Shown one piece after another: positions 23,917 to 34,252 of a stretch of DNA of 64,000 nt. Source of the DNA: a virus; IMG/VR virus record IMGVR_UViG_3300021962_000073, positions 13,978 through 77,977 of that record. The stretch is one strand, 5' to 3'. The translations under genes and the position numbers were made by a program. The notes beneath the pieces are model-generated. The model was given only the letters and a program-made list of their open reading frames with translations. It ran no database searches and was not told the origin of the DNA. How positions within the stretch are numbered: the first letter of the stretch is position 1; every line of letters starts with the position of its first letter.

Positions 23917-24138
23917 ATGCCTACTAAAGAAGAAATGTTTAAATTTCAAGAAGAAATTGAGAAATTAATTTCTGGAACTGATTACAATTATATGGAAGCA
24001 ATTGTTGAGTATTGTAATCGAACTGGTATGGAAATCGAAGTAGCATCATCTTTGGTAAATAAAGATTTAAAAGCCAAAATCGAAATTGATGCTCAAGAAC
24101 TCAATTTGCTTCCCAAAACACACAGACTTCCAATATGA
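23917..24138 (+). CDS. 33: late transcription co-activator gp33
   Basis: YMEAIVEYC...IE...LK.KIE.DAQELNLL; synteny. Confidence 0.85.
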   Translation: MPTKEEMFKFQEEIEKLISGTDYNYMEAIVEYCNRTGMEIEVASSLVNKDLKAKIEIDAQELNLLPKTHRLPI

Positions 24139-24716
24139 CAGGTTATGAAGCATTCAGTACATTTCATGTTTTAAAGTTGCACTTTACCACTAATTATGAT
24201 TATTTTAAGTATAATGGTAAATGTAATATTTCAATAGAAACTTTTGAGAAGCGAAAAGACAAGTATCATTTTTATAAGTTGTCTAGAAAATATGATGTTG
24301 ATGACTATAAACAATTCATAATCTCTAACTTACTTAAAGATCCTAATATCTGGGCAGGCAATTTGCTAGAAGAAACAGCAAATGATATTCATATGTCTAG
24401 AATGTCTAGAATACAGTCTTTGTCTTATAAATTTAAAAATGATTGTTTATTCATAAGAGAAAAAACAGATTTGAATGAAGCTTTAAAAACAAATGGTGAT
24501 TACCCTCTTTTGCTTACAATGACAACACAGGGGGATATTTCGGATGAAACCGTTTGTATACTTAATTGCCTTGTTAATTTTTTGCCCGTTTGGAGTAGGA
24601 AAATAAGGGATACAATTCGCTGGCCTCTTTTATATAAGAAATGGATGTGTTATACTCCATTCATAGAGTTTGATAGGTCTAAATTTAAAAAACTTGCCTT
24701 AGAAGGTTTGAAATGA
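24135..24716 (+). CDS. 59: helicase loader gp59
   Basis: LKLHFT..YDYFKYNGK...FEKRKDKY.F.KL. Confidence 0.88.
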   Translation: MTGYEAFSTFHVLKLHFTTNYDYFKYNGKCNISIETFEKRKDKYHFYKLSRKYDVDDYKQFIISNLLKDPNIWAGNLLEETANDIHMSRMSRIQSLSYKFKNDCLFIREKTDLNEALKTNGDYPLLLTMTTQGDISDETVCILNCLVNFLPVWSRKIRDTIRWPLLYKKWMCYTPFIEFDRSKFKKLALEGLK

Positions 24717-25204
24717 TTGAAAAAATTTATTTGGATATGGATGGTGTTCTGTGTGATTTTGAATCACGCTATGAGAAATTGTTCGGTGAATTGCCGGCGT
24801 ATTCCCGAGAGATGAAAGAGTGGTCCGCGAATTGGAATGTTTTCGTTGAGACTGAACAGTTCAAAACTCTTGATTGGAATCCTGGCGGAAAAACTTTACT
24901 TAAAGTGATCACTGATGCTGATATTGATTATGAAATTTTATCTTCATCAGGAGGCAAAAAACATCACGAAAAAGTAGAAGCTCAAAAGAAACATTGGCTT
25001 CAAACAAATGGTATTCTCGTCAAAGCTAATATTGTTCCTGGAAGAACAAACAAAGCAAAGTTTGCCAATTCTAGGGCAGTTTTGATTGATGATACACCAG
25101 ATGTGATTGATGCCTTTAATGCAGCAGGTGGTTATGGTATTCTCCACAAAAATACCCCTGATACGGTAAAGAAGTTGGAGCGTATCTTGAATGTTGCTAA
25201 ATAA
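24713..25204 (+). CDS. HAD-family 5'(3')-deoxyribonucleotidase-like
   Basis: IYLDMDGVLCDF, ILSS, LIDD. Confidence 0.85.
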   Translation: MIEKIYLDMDGVLCDFESRYEKLFGELPAYSREMKEWSANWNVFVETEQFKTLDWNPGGKTLLKVITDADIDYEILSSSGGKKHHEKVEAQKKHWLQTNGILVKANIVPGRTNKAKFANSRAVLIDDTPDVIDAFNAAGGYGILHKNTPDTVKKLERILNVAK

Positions 25205-25274
25205 CAGTATATAATGCATACTGTGGACAATAAAAAATATTCCGTTTATACTACGACATACGAAAGGAAATAAT

Positions 25275-26174
25275 ATGAGTTTCGCAAATCTAAAACGTAA
25301 TCGCAATAGTCTCGAAAAACTTACGAAAGCAATTGAGACTACCGCCCAAGCCGCAGAAGCCGGCTCCAAAGACGATACCCGACTCTGGCAACCAAGTGTA
25401 GATAAATCGGGTAATGGCATGGCCGTTATCCGATTTCTTCCCGCACCTTCTGTAGATGGTGAAGATGGTCTTCCTTGGATTCGTACATTTAGTCATGGTT
25501 TTCAAGGACCTGGCGGATGGTTCATCGATAACTGTTTGACCACTCTGAATGAAAAATGTCCAGTTTGTGAGCATAACAATTCTCTATGGAATTCTGGTAT
25601 CGAAGCCAATAAAGAAATCGTTCGTAAACAAAAACGTAAACTTAGTTATATTGCTAATGTTTATGTTGTCTCAGATCCTTCAAATCCTGAAAATGAAGGT
25701 ACTGTTCGTCTGTTCAAATTTGGTAAGAAAATCTTTGATAAACTTACTGAAGCAATGAATCCTGAGTTTGCTGATGAAGAACCTGTAAATCCCTTCGATA
25801 TGTGGGAAGGTGCTAACTTCAAACTAAAGATTCGTAATGTTGAAGGTTATCGCAACTACGATAAATCTGAGTTTGCTGATAAATCTGCTTTGCTTGATGG
25901 TGATGATGCTAAACTTGAAAAGATTTATTCGCAAGAACATTCATTGAAAGAGTTTCTTGAGAAAAAGAATTTCAAGCCATATGATACTCTGAAAGCTCGT
26001 CTTGATAAGGTTCTTGGTTTTGATGGTGAACCTGTTATTGCACAAACTCGTGCAGAAGATGTGGCAATTCAGTCTGTCAAACCAAAAGGTACTATCAGTA
26101 ATGTTAAACCTGTAACCGTTGCTGATGATGACGAAGATTTGAATTTCTTCAAATCACTAGCCGAAGAACAGTAA
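25275..26174 (+). CDS. 32: single-stranded DNA binding protein gp32
   Basis: DKSGNGMAVIRFLP, CPVC, FKFGKKIFDK, NYDKSEF, acidic tail; promoter TTGAAT-N17-TATAAT 25187-25215. Confidence 0.95.
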   Translation: MSFANLKRNRNSLEKLTKAIETTAQAAEAGSKDDTRLWQPSVDKSGNGMAVIRFLPAPSVDGEDGLPWIRTFSHGFQGPGGWFIDNCLTTLNEKCPVCEHNNSLWNSGIEANKEIVRKQKRKLSYIANVYVVSDPSNPENEGTVRLFKFGKKIFDKLTEAMNPEFADEEPVNPFDMWEGANFKLKIRNVEGYRNYDKSEFADKSALLDGDDAKLEKIYSQEHSLKEFLEKKNFKPYDTLKARLDKVLGFDGEPVIAQTRAEDVAIQSVKPKGTISNVKPVTVADDDEDLNFFKSLAEEQ

Positions 26175-26175
26175 T

Positions 26176-26202
26176 AAAAACAGCCCCCGAAAGGGGGCTT
26201 TT
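26176..26202. terminator. intrinsic terminator between convergent genes, probably bidirectional
   Basis: AGCCCCC-GAAA-GGGGGCT flanked by A and T tracts. Confidence 0.85.
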
Positions 26203-28198
26203 AGAATGATTTGTGAACTAAATCTCCAGATGCTTTAGCAACAAGAAAATCTACAAGCATATCACTATTAAACGCAGAAGGAATTCCTCCAGTATCTCTG
26301 ATACTTTTGCCTTGACTTGGTGATGCTGTCGGCGGTGTTATCATGTTTACGGTTGGAACAATATTTGAGGCTACAGTTTGTAGGTCTGCTCTTTGTTCAG
26401 TTGCGGCAACTAATGTTTGACCTAGTGTTGGTTGCGATTTAACGCTCGATAACAATCTCTGAAAATCATTTGAAGACATTAGTGCTTTGTTTCCAGCGGC
26501 ATCGCCTTGATAGAATGATCTATCATCAGTTGTAGGCATAGCAGCCCATCTTCTCGCTACTTTATTTTGAAAATCCTCTAGGCTTATTCTACCTGTTTTG
26601 AAATCTTGGTAACCTAGTTCATCTAATAGTTTTGAAGCAATTTGATCTTGTACGATTGGTGTAAATTTATCTGATCCAGAAAATCCTGCTTTTGCTGCGA
26701 ACTCTTTTAATGTATCGCGTGTAAATTGATATTTTCCTACAGCGGTACTTGCATGTCCACTACCAACCATTCCTTTTTGATATTCCAAAACTTCATCTAT
26801 AGTCATATTCACAAGGGCTGCTCTCTTTGGGGTATTTTTACCATAAACAAGAGCATTATAATCTCCTTTTGATTCTTTTGCTCCTATTTCATTGAGCAAT
26901 TTCTTTTTTCCAGGATCCATCATTCCTTCTGGAATTCTTTCAGGTGTTGGTCTAACTGGACCACCGATATCTTGAGGCTTACGTTCGAAACGTTCAACAG
27001 AAGAGTTTACTGAACCGCTATAATTATCTGCTGCTCTAATCATTTCTCTTCTTTCTCTTACCTGACTCATTATATCTTCGAGAGAAGCACCAGTTTGTTC
27101 TGCTCTATATCTGGCTGCGGCTTCAGCATCAAGTTCGCTACCGTAGTCTTCAAGATATCTTAAATACTTTTCTTGTCCAGAAACATCTCCTAAGGATATT
27201 CTTTCACCTCCTGTCTCTGAGGCTGCCGTTACTTTTCTTGCCTTTATTTTTGCTTCGATTTGTCGCATTCTTGCGATTGCCGCTCCTTCATCTGTTGGAA
27301 CACCAGTTACGTCATTTCTGGGTAAAGGTTCACCAGATATCTTTGGCATTCCTTCTTGTTCTTCTTCAATAAATTTATTGACCAACCAAGCTATACCTGC
27401 TGCACCTAATACTGCAATACCGGCAGGCGATAAAAGAAGAGGTAATGCACCTCTCAATAAACCCCATAGTGCCTTACCAGTTATCCTTGCGGCCGCTCCT
27501 ACTGCACCACCGGCCGCGTCAGCTAAACCAAAAATATTTTTTAGTGTTATAACATCTTTTATTTTATTTGGTAAATCAACTAGAATAGTTTTTAATCCAG
27601 AAAGAGCACCTATTAATGCTAATGACCCAAGACCTTTCGCTTTATCTAATACAGACTCTTCTTTTTTACCTGTAGAATCAACAGGTTTAATTTGTTCCAC
27701 TTTACTTTCGGCTCTGAATTTTCCTTCATATGCGGCTTCTTCTTCTGCGGTCTTTCTAAAAAACATATCTGCTTTATTTGTTGCAGTTCCTCCACCCATC
27801 TTGACTAGTTTAATAATATTTTGTCTCATCACATTCATGTCTCTTGCCATGGCTCGAAGAGGCATTGTATTTTTTCCAATAATTGCTAGTCTGGTATCTT
27901 GTCGTCTTAATAAATCATTCTGTGCTTTAGAAGATTCGAGAAGTTGTGAGAGAGCCTCAGACTTTAGAGATTCGCCATCCGATATTTTTTTGCCGGAAGA
28001 TAATGCTTGGAAACCTTTACCGAATATTTTTTGACCAGTAGATGAAATTATACCAGTGCCGCCAAATAATATGTTTCGAGGATCAAATCTTTCTTTTGTT
28101 CTTTTTAGAATCGTAGATCCTAGAGAACTAAGAACTCCTTGGCTTTTGAGTTCTTGCTTATAGATTTGCGCGAATCTGGATGAGTTAGATGTTGCCAT
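26201..28198 (-). CDS. tape-measure/baseplate-hub-like protein with muramidase domain
   Basis: Helical Gly/Ala-rich region with hydrophobic segments; C-terminal I...ES.GDYN...AVGKYQF...WAAMP lysozyme-like domain; downstream of gp26/gp51. Confidence 0.7.
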   Translation of the reverse strand: MATSNSSRFAQIYKQELKSQGVLSSLGSTILKRTKERFDPRNILFGGTGIISSTGQKIFGKGFQALSSGKKISDGESLKSEALSQLLESSKAQNDLLRRQDTRLAIIGKNTMPLRAMARDMNVMRQNIIKLVKMGGGTATNKADMFFRKTAEEEAAYEGKFRAESKVEQIKPVDSTGKKEESVLDKAKGLGSLALIGALSGLKTILVDLPNKIKDVITLKNIFGLADAAGGAVGAAARITGKALWGLLRGALPLLLSPAGIAVLGAAGIAWLVNKFIEEEQEGMPKISGEPLPRNDVTGVPTDEGAAIARMRQIEAKIKARKVTAASETGGERISLGDVSGQEKYLRYLEDYGSELDAEAAARYRAEQTGASLEDIMSQVRERREMIRAADNYSGSVNSSVERFERKPQDIGGPVRPTPERIPEGMMDPGKKKLLNEIGAKESKGDYNALVYGKNTPKRAALVNMTIDEVLEYQKGMVGSGHASTAVGKYQFTRDTLKEFAAKAGFSGSDKFTPIVQDQIASKLLDELGYQDFKTGRISLEDFQNKVARRWAAMPTTDDRSFYQGDAAGNKALMSSNDFQRLLSSVKSQPTLGQTLVAATEQRADLQTVASNIVPTVNMITPPTASPSQGKSIRDTGGIPSAFNSDMLVDFLVAKASGDLVHKSF

Positions 28199-28339
28199 TT
28201 ATTTTTTTCTCGATTGTATTTGTTGTTTCAACTTCTCATTCTCTTCTTCTATATGCTGAATAAGCATGGTAATATAAATGTTTCTTTCCCAGGACATCAT
28301 ATTTTCTAAATCACTTAAACTGTACTTGTGATGCTGCAT
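28199..28339 (-). CDS. 51: gp51-like baseplate hub assembly peptide
   Basis: MQHHKYSLSDLENMMSWERNIYITMLIQHIEEEN; frame stays open upstream to the gp26 slippery site. Confidence 0.75.
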   Translation of the reverse strand: MQHHKYSLSDLENMMSWERNIYITMLIQHIEEENEKLKQQIQSRKK

Positions 28340-28389
28340 TAAAGCAAAGTTTGTTTGATAATGATTGCTCAAACTATCATGACGAAATG

Positions 28390-29121
28390 TTATACGAAAA
28401 AACTTTGGATTCCTTCTAATAAAAGTTCTTCTTCATACTTACATTTGCTACACTTAAATAATAATTTTTTACTGATCTTAGGAATATCTTCGAAGAAAGC
28501 TTGTATTTTCGAAAATTGTTCCCGATTTAAACTATCAATAAAATCTTCTAACTCTTTTTCACTTACATCTTTGGCATAGTATATCGATTCTGAGTCATAC
28601 ACATAATCAATACAACTTGTAATCAATTTCGCTGTTGCTTCTGCTTCCGATAAACCTTCAGTCTTTTTAATAGTATTGAAATTTGGATACTTCATTACTA
28701 CACCAAGCTTTTTCGTCAACTCTATTTTCTTATTTTTCTCTGTTCGTTTTTCGATTTCTACTTCAAGCAAATTAAATTGAAGTTTAATCATACTATTACA
28801 TTTTGTAAGTTCTTCGTTTTCACCTTTTACATCATTGTTACAACGATACTGCAAATCTACTATTTCACCAATCGATCTTGCTCTTAGCTGGAGAAAAATA
28901 TACTCCAAATCTAAGACAGGCAATTCATCAACATCTAAATTATCCACGCAACAATTATTAACGATTTGCTTTATTGCTAAAAGAACCGCTTCTTCATCCT
29001 GGGATTCAATTGCCATCAACAAAATCTTTTCTTCTTTTACTAGAAAAGGTCTTATCTTTATTTTTTTACCTGACAATGGTAAAGTAATATTGTATAGTGG
29101 CACATCAATTTTAGGTAACAT
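28390..29121 (-). CDS. 26: baseplate hub assembly protein gp26-like
   Basis: MLPKI..P.Y...LP.SGK.IK.RPFLVKEEKILL, DLEYIFLQLRARSIGE, ends GIQSFFV. Confidence 0.88.
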   Translation of the reverse strand: MLPKIDVPLYNITLPLSGKKIKIRPFLVKEEKILLMAIESQDEEAVLLAIKQIVNNCCVDNLDVDELPVLDLEYIFLQLRARSIGEIVDLQYRCNNDVKGENEELTKCNSMIKLQFNLLEVEIEKRTEKNKKIELTKKLGVVMKYPNFNTIKKTEGLSEAEATAKLITSCIDYVYDSESIYYAKDVSEKELEDFIDSLNREQFSKIQAFFEDIPKISKKLLFKCSKCKYEEELLLEGIQSFFV

Positions 29122-29133
29122 ACATTCTCCAAA

Positions 29134-29901
29134 TTAAAATAAACTGAATATTTGTGCAGTTGTTCCTTTTAGTTGGTTTTTGATTGCTGTAGCAGTTGGC
29201 GATCCTGCTATTCCTGCTCCTAATAGAGCAGAAGAAAATGCCGCAAAATCATAACCACCTTCATATATTGTTCGATATTTGTGGTAGGTAAATGAAACGG
29301 TCAATCTATGAAAACCATCATCAGACCAACTTAGTCCTTGGGATCCTATGGCCTTAGGAAAAGCATCTAAAAGTTCTACTGCATATATTTGTTTTATAGT
29401 GTCATCATATTGAATTATTTTTATATTCGTTAGATAATTTGTTCCTTGACCTTTGGGGAACCGAATGTTATGAGTATCATTCGGAATCATTGCTTCCATC
29501 CATTTGTCAAACAATTTTCTCTCATAAAATTCATTGGTGCAAAGAAAGGTAAAATTGGTATCGGCATATGCTGTCAAGTATGGAACTTCGAAACTTGGAC
29601 CGTAAATACTGACTGTTTGTGTTTGTATTGATTTTCCAGGTAATTCAGCACTTTCACACTGTAGAGCCAAATATCTGGACATTGTCGGATTATAACTAGC
29701 ATTTCCCGTTTCACCCTTCACTCTTGTGGTGATATCAGAAAAAATTGTATTAGGCAAATTTAATAGTCTTTCAATTAAACTTGATTCAACAAAGTTGCTA
29801 ATATATTGAGGAATAGGCAATATAACCTGAAAACGGTTTGGTCTAGCCAAACCTTCTTTGGCTTTTATATTAGATAAAAATAGTTGAGGTAAGAATGCCA
29901 T
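29134..29901 (-). CDS. tail tube initiator gp54 / gp19-like
   Basis: GLARPNRF.V, CESAELPG, F..WM, DAFP, LTVSFTY tube-fold motifs. Confidence 0.75.
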   Translation of the reverse strand: MAFLPQLFLSNIKAKEGLARPNRFQVILPIPQYISNFVESSLIERLLNLPNTIFSDITTRVKGETGNASYNPTMSRYLALQCESAELPGKSIQTQTVSIYGPSFEVPYLTAYADTNFTFLCTNEFYERKLFDKWMEAMIPNDTHNIRFPKGQGTNYLTNIKIIQYDDTIKQIYAVELLDAFPKAIGSQGLSWSDDGFHRLTVSFTYHKYRTIYEGGYDFAAFSSALLGAGIAGSPTATAIKNQLKGTTAQIFSLF

Positions 29902-30479
29902 TAGAATTTTTTCCTTGATTGAGACCATACTTTACTTGTACTAGCCTTTTCAAATTGTTCGACGGGAAGTAAAGCGGCTATGTCCCATTCATTAGCATGA
30001 ATTTCTAAAAATTTAGATTGAACGTGGCTCGACAAATATCTTTTAATGCAAGGCGTTGCTTCATATGCCATAGAAAAAGCTTGTAGTACCTGATAATTCA
30101 TCCTAAGCTTTGTGCTTTGGTCATAGGCCTTATTTGATGCAAAATGACTCAATTTATCCAAAAGAATGATACGATGCTTTGGGTGAATGTAATGTAAATT
30201 CAGCCCTAGAAAACCGTCTGGGTATAGTTGAATTGGTATAACCAATGGGAACCTATCGTAGTATGGCAAAGTATCTTTCGTTTTCGGATCATAGTAAAAG
30301 AAATACATGTGGCCTATTAAATTTGTATCCGTTTTTCTAGTATTATCATTCATCAACTTTCTGGATGTAGGATTCAGATCAGGTAATTTTGAACGAAGCC
30401 AGTCTCTAGCTTGCTTTGAGCGAGCTTGATACCCAGTTTTAGATAACTGTTGATTGATTCTGTCCATTAAGTAAGCCAT
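29901..30479 (-). CDS. 2: DNA end protector gp2
   Basis: YDPKTKDTLPYYDRFPLV, GFLGLNLHY, CIKRYL. Confidence 0.92.
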   Translation of the reverse strand: MAYLMDRINQQLSKTGYQARSKQARDWLRSKLPDLNPTSRKLMNDNTRKTDTNLIGHMYFFYYDPKTKDTLPYYDRFPLVIPIQLYPDGFLGLNLHYIHPKHRIILLDKLSHFASNKAYDQSTKLRMNYQVLQAFSMAYEATPCIKRYLSSHVQSKFLEIHANEWDIAALLPVEQFEKASTSKVWSQSRKKF

Positions 30480-30549
30480 GGTGCTATTTATTTGCCTTAT
30501 GATTACCTGGGTTTCCTGTCATTTTGTATATAAGTATTGGTGTCCTGGA

Positions 30550-30999
30550 TCAAATTAATCCTAGATCCTTCTCCGTTAGAATCTTGAATTGCCATCCATG
30601 TTCATGGCAGAATTCATCTGCTGCTTTCCACTTCATTTGATTTATAGCATATGTTGCTGCTTCTTGTAGAAACCTTTTAGTCTTTTTCTTTTGTGTAGGT
30701 TTCTTTGTCTGTGCTTCTGGTTTAACCTCAATAACAAAGGTCATAACGGTATTATCTTTTCTTTTGACCTTTATGATGAAGTCTGGAAAGTATCTATGTC
30801 TTTTACCATCAACAGGTGAGATATAAGGAATAGCTAATTCCTCTGAAGACCACCAGATTATATCTGGATGATCATCAAAGTATTTCATACAACGAAGTTC
30901 CCAGGAAGATCGATAAATGATATTTTCTGGGTTTCCGTTGTATTTTTGAGGGTTTTGTGGTCGGAACCAACCCTTGTAAGTATTATTTCCGTATGCCAT
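30550..30999 (-). CDS. 4: head completion nuclease gp4
   Basis: NPQKY.G....IIYRSSWE, WSSEE, RYFPDF, EVKP..QT. Confidence 0.92.
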   Translation of the reverse strand: MAYGNNTYKGWFRPQNPQKYNGNPENIIYRSSWELRCMKYFDDHPDIIWWSSEELAIPYISPVDGKRHRYFPDFIIKVKRKDNTVMTFVIEVKPEAQTKKPTQKKKTKRFLQEAATYAINQMKWKAADEFCHEHGWQFKILTEKDLGLI

Positions 31000-31006
31000 A
31001 TAAATA
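30999..31006 (+). promoter_or_regulatory. T4-type late promoter
   Basis: TATAAATA upstream of gp48; related NATAAATA boxes at 36944, 42466, 50232, 56808 and 59520. Confidence 0.75.
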
Positions 31007-31030
31007 TGTAGTCAACATCTAAGGATAGCC

Positions 31031-32290
31031 ATGGCACTTTTTACTCTAGGCGATATAAATTTCAATAAGCCTATCGAAAATCGAGATACATTAGACTTTT
31101 TAAGTAATAGGTCGAAACTCTCCGCTCCGAATGTTTACAGATATCCCATAGATATAGGTAATGTTGATAGAGCACATTACATGATGATTAACATTCACAA
31201 GCAAGAAAAGAGTGCTTATTCTTTTGATATGGCCAATGATCCTTATTCTAATGTACAAAGAAATCGTATTGGTTTAGCGGGGCAGACAGGTGCTTTAAAT
31301 GCTGGCGGAGTAATGCAAAATTTAGGTTCAACAGTAGGCACTTTAGCTAATGCAGGTACTCAACAAGCAAAAGAACGTTTCGGTCTAGACGAAAAATATG
31401 CAAGTTATTTAGCAGATTCTATTTCTAATGTTAAAGGTGCTATCGAAGGTACTCCTGTTGGAGATAAAATTTTAGAAGTAACGAAGGAAGTAGGAAATGA
31501 AGCAGAACAAATGTTAGGTCGATTAAATAATGCCAAATTTTTGAGAACGACAGACAAGATAACTGATTGTATTGCTCTTTACATGCCAGAGACTCTCAAC
31601 TTTGATGAAAGACAGCAATTTAATCCTTTAGGTACAGGAGGAGAGACTCTAAATTATCTAGGATCTCTCGCATCAATTTTAAGCGATTCTGTTAATGGCA
31701 AAATCAACGCTTCCGAGGTTGCTAGAAACTTTACACCATTTATAGCACAAACTATATCAAATAGAATAGGAAGATTCGCTTCTAGTCCAAATACGATGGC
31801 TGGTGTATTTGCTTCTGCTATCGGAGGTGTGCAAAATTCTAGACTTGAATTAATATACAATTCTCCAGATTTTAGAAGTTTCCAGTTTCAATTTATGTTT
31901 TATCCTAGAAGTGAAAAGGAAGCCACTGAAGTTCAAAATATTATTAATGTACTGAGATTTCACCAAGCTCCAGAAATTATGACTGGTACCGCAGGATATT
32001 TTCTTGTTCCTCCTTCTGAGTTCGATATTACATTTTTCTATAATGGCTATGAAAATCCTAATATTCCTACAATTTCAACTTGTGTATTGACAAGCCTTCA
32101 GACAGATTATGCTCCATCAGGATTTCATTCATTCGAAGTTCCAGGAGAAAATTATCCGTCAATTGGTAGAACGGGTATGCCTTTTGCTATTAGATTAACA
32201 TTAGGTTTCCAAGAAACTGAAATTATGACAAAATTCAATCATCAATTGAGAGCAGGATTTGCCTCTCCAGAAATAAAATTTACCAGATAA
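31031..32290 (+). CDS. 48: baseplate tail tube cap gp48
   Basis: YRYP.D, IALYMP, FRSFQFQFMFYPRSEKEA, CVLT....DY, L.FQETE. Confidence 0.85.
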   Translation: MALFTLGDINFNKPIENRDTLDFLSNRSKLSAPNVYRYPIDIGNVDRAHYMMINIHKQEKSAYSFDMANDPYSNVQRNRIGLAGQTGALNAGGVMQNLGSTVGTLANAGTQQAKERFGLDEKYASYLADSISNVKGAIEGTPVGDKILEVTKEVGNEAEQMLGRLNNAKFLRTTDKITDCIALYMPETLNFDERQQFNPLGTGGETLNYLGSLASILSDSVNGKINASEVARNFTPFIAQTISNRIGRFASSPNTMAGVFASAIGGVQNSRLELIYNSPDFRSFQFQFMFYPRSEKEATEVQNIINVLRFHQAPEIMTGTAGYFLVPPSEFDITFFYNGYENPNIPTISTCVLTSLQTDYAPSGFHSFEVPGENYPSIGRTGMPFAIRLTLGFQETEIMTKFNHQLRAGFASPEIKFTR

Positions 32291-32294
32291 AATA

Positions 32295-32930
32295 ATGTCA
32301 AAATATTTTACAAATTTTCCAAAGACATTTTATATTGCTTCTAATAATTCGACTTCATTAGAAACAATAACTAATTTGACGGTTGGGTTTTCACTAGATA
32401 AAACCTTTTCCAATAACTCGATACTTTATCAAGAGTATACAGTAAAAGATGGTGATACACCAGAAAACCTATCGCATAAAATTTATGGATCATCCGAGTA
32501 TCATTGGATTATTATGAAAATGAATGATATCGTGGATATCAAAAACGATTGGCCTTTAGATCAGGAAACTTTAATTAAATGTATAGAAGACAAGTATGCA
32601 AACAATGCATCTCCAGGAGATACTGGTCTAGATTGGGCAAAAGAAACCACACATTCGTATTACAAAATAGAAACTCAATCCTTTCCTAATTCTACGGAAA
32701 GTAAAGTCATCAAGACAAGAATAGACTCCAATACATATGCAAATTTAACTTCTAGTACGAATCAATATACCCTAGCCGACAATTCCGTACTTAAAATAGA
32801 TGTTGCAAAATCTTTTATAACATACTATGACTATGAAGTTCAAGAAAATGAGGCGAAAAGACAATTAAAAATAATGAAGTCAGAATATATTAATCCCGTC
32901 TATGCTGAGTTTCAAAGAGTTATGAAATGA
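32295..32930 (+). CDS. 53: baseplate wedge gp53
   Basis: YF..FP, DGDTPE.LS.KIYG....HWII...N, YE..ENEAKR. Confidence 0.88.
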   Translation: MSKYFTNFPKTFYIASNNSTSLETITNLTVGFSLDKTFSNNSILYQEYTVKDGDTPENLSHKIYGSSEYHWIIMKMNDIVDIKNDWPLDQETLIKCIEDKYANNASPGDTGLDWAKETTHSYYKIETQSFPNSTESKVIKTRIDSNTYANLTSSTNQYTLADNSVLKIDVAKSFITYYDYEVQENEAKRQLKIMKSEYINPVYAEFQRVMK

Positions 32931-34252
32931 CAGATAGTTTAGTCACTAAAACCACACAATATAAAATAAAAGATTTATCTATCGTATCGAAAATCGGTAA
33001 AATAGACATCACTGGATTATTTGAAGAGTTGGATATATTTGATTGTATTTTCTTTCCGTCTATAACGGGAAAAATAGTTATAAATGATACATTAGGATTA
33101 ACAAGTAGACTTGCATTAGATGGCTCAGAAGTTTTAGTTATTCATATGGGTAAGACCGATGAGGATGCCGTTTTCAGAAAATCTTTTAGAATTTATAAAC
33201 AGAGCGATAGACAATCCTTAAACAATAATTCAGAGAGATATATTTTACATTTTATTTCCGATGAATATTTGTTATCACAACAAAACAGAATATCGCAATC
33301 ATTTGTTGGCACATATACGCAGATGGTAATGAATATTTTGGAGAATTATCTTGGAATAAAATCTAAGTCTCTGAGTGTAATTGAAGATTCTGTGGGTGTC
33401 AGAAAGATGGTTGTTCCAATGAAGACTCCTTTTGATGCTATAGATTTGTGTGCTCGAAGAGCCATAAACATTAATGGTTCACCTACATTTTTGTTTTTCG
33501 AAAATAAAGTAGGATATAATTTTGTCACTACATCATCTTTGATTAAACAGAATGCCATTCATACCATAAATTTTGAACCTAAGAATATAGTCCAGAATGA
33601 CACTGAAATGATGGGTGCAATGAAGTATGAAGTCGTTTCTCAGTTTGATGTAAACAAAAGTATAACTGATGGTGTATATTCAGGAACTTTTATTGGGTTT
33701 GATCCTACAACAAGAACTATTGTTAAACAGTACATCAACTATAATGAATTGTATGCATCGAATGGTTTGGCAAATAAAGTTCCGAATATAGGCGTGACCG
33801 AGAATCGAGCAGGAATAAAAAGCACAGATATGTACAATTCTAAAATTACAGTTTTTCCTTGCTCTGTATTTTCTTCGAAAAGTAGTTATATAAAACAAAA
33901 TTTTCCTGAGATGATTAATTATGATGATGATACATATAATTATGTTTTTCAAAGAGAAGCATCACTCAGGTCTCTTTTAACTCAAAGATTAAAATTAGCG
34001 ATGCCAGGTAATTTCGATTTAACATCAGGCACCACGGCAAATATAATAATACCTAATAGATCAGAACAATCTCCTACTGAAGATGCAATAGATTATTCAT
34101 TAAGCGGTAAATATTTGATTATTGCATCCAGACAGATAATTTCGTATAATAAACATATTACAGTTGTAGAAGTTGCAACAGATTCCACGAATAGAGATAA
34201 TTACTACTATAGTACGAACATGCAAGATGGAGCTATAGCAGATTATGCATAA
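32927..34252 (+). CDS. baseplate hub protein (gp27-like)
   Basis: Position between gp53 and gp5; FLFFEN, SGKYLI. Confidence 0.65.
   Translation: MTDSLVTKTTQYKIKDLSIVSKIGKIDITGLFEELDIFDCIFFPSITGKIVINDTLGLTSRLALDGSEVLVIHMGKTDEDAVFRKSFRIYKQSDRQSLNNNSERYILHFISDEYLLSQQNRISQSFVGTYTQMVMNILENYLGIKSKSLSVIEDSVGVRKMVVPMKTPFDAIDLCARRAININGSPTFLFFENKVGYNFVTTSSLIKQNAIHTINFEPKNIVQNDTEMMGAMKYEVVSQFDVNKSITDGVYSGTFIGFDPTTRTIVKQYINYNELYASNGLANKVPNIGVTENRAGIKSTDMYNSKITVFPCSVFSSKSSYIKQNFPEMINYDDDTYNYVFQREASLRSLLTQRLKLAMPGNFDLTSGTTANIIIPNRSEQSPTEDAIDYSLSGKYLIIASRQIISYNKHITVVEVATDSTNRDNYYYSTNMQDGAIADYA

Noticed and set aside
11062-26174. Introns, inteins or homing endonucleases in replication-region genes
   Set aside because: Genes are of normal length and contiguous; no HNH, GIY-YIG, LAGLIDADG or intein motifs noticed.
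27378-28034. 218-aa plus-strand ORF and similar antisense ORFs in structural genes
   Set aside because: Antisense shadows of Gly/Ala/Thr-rich genes, without SD or recognisable motifs.
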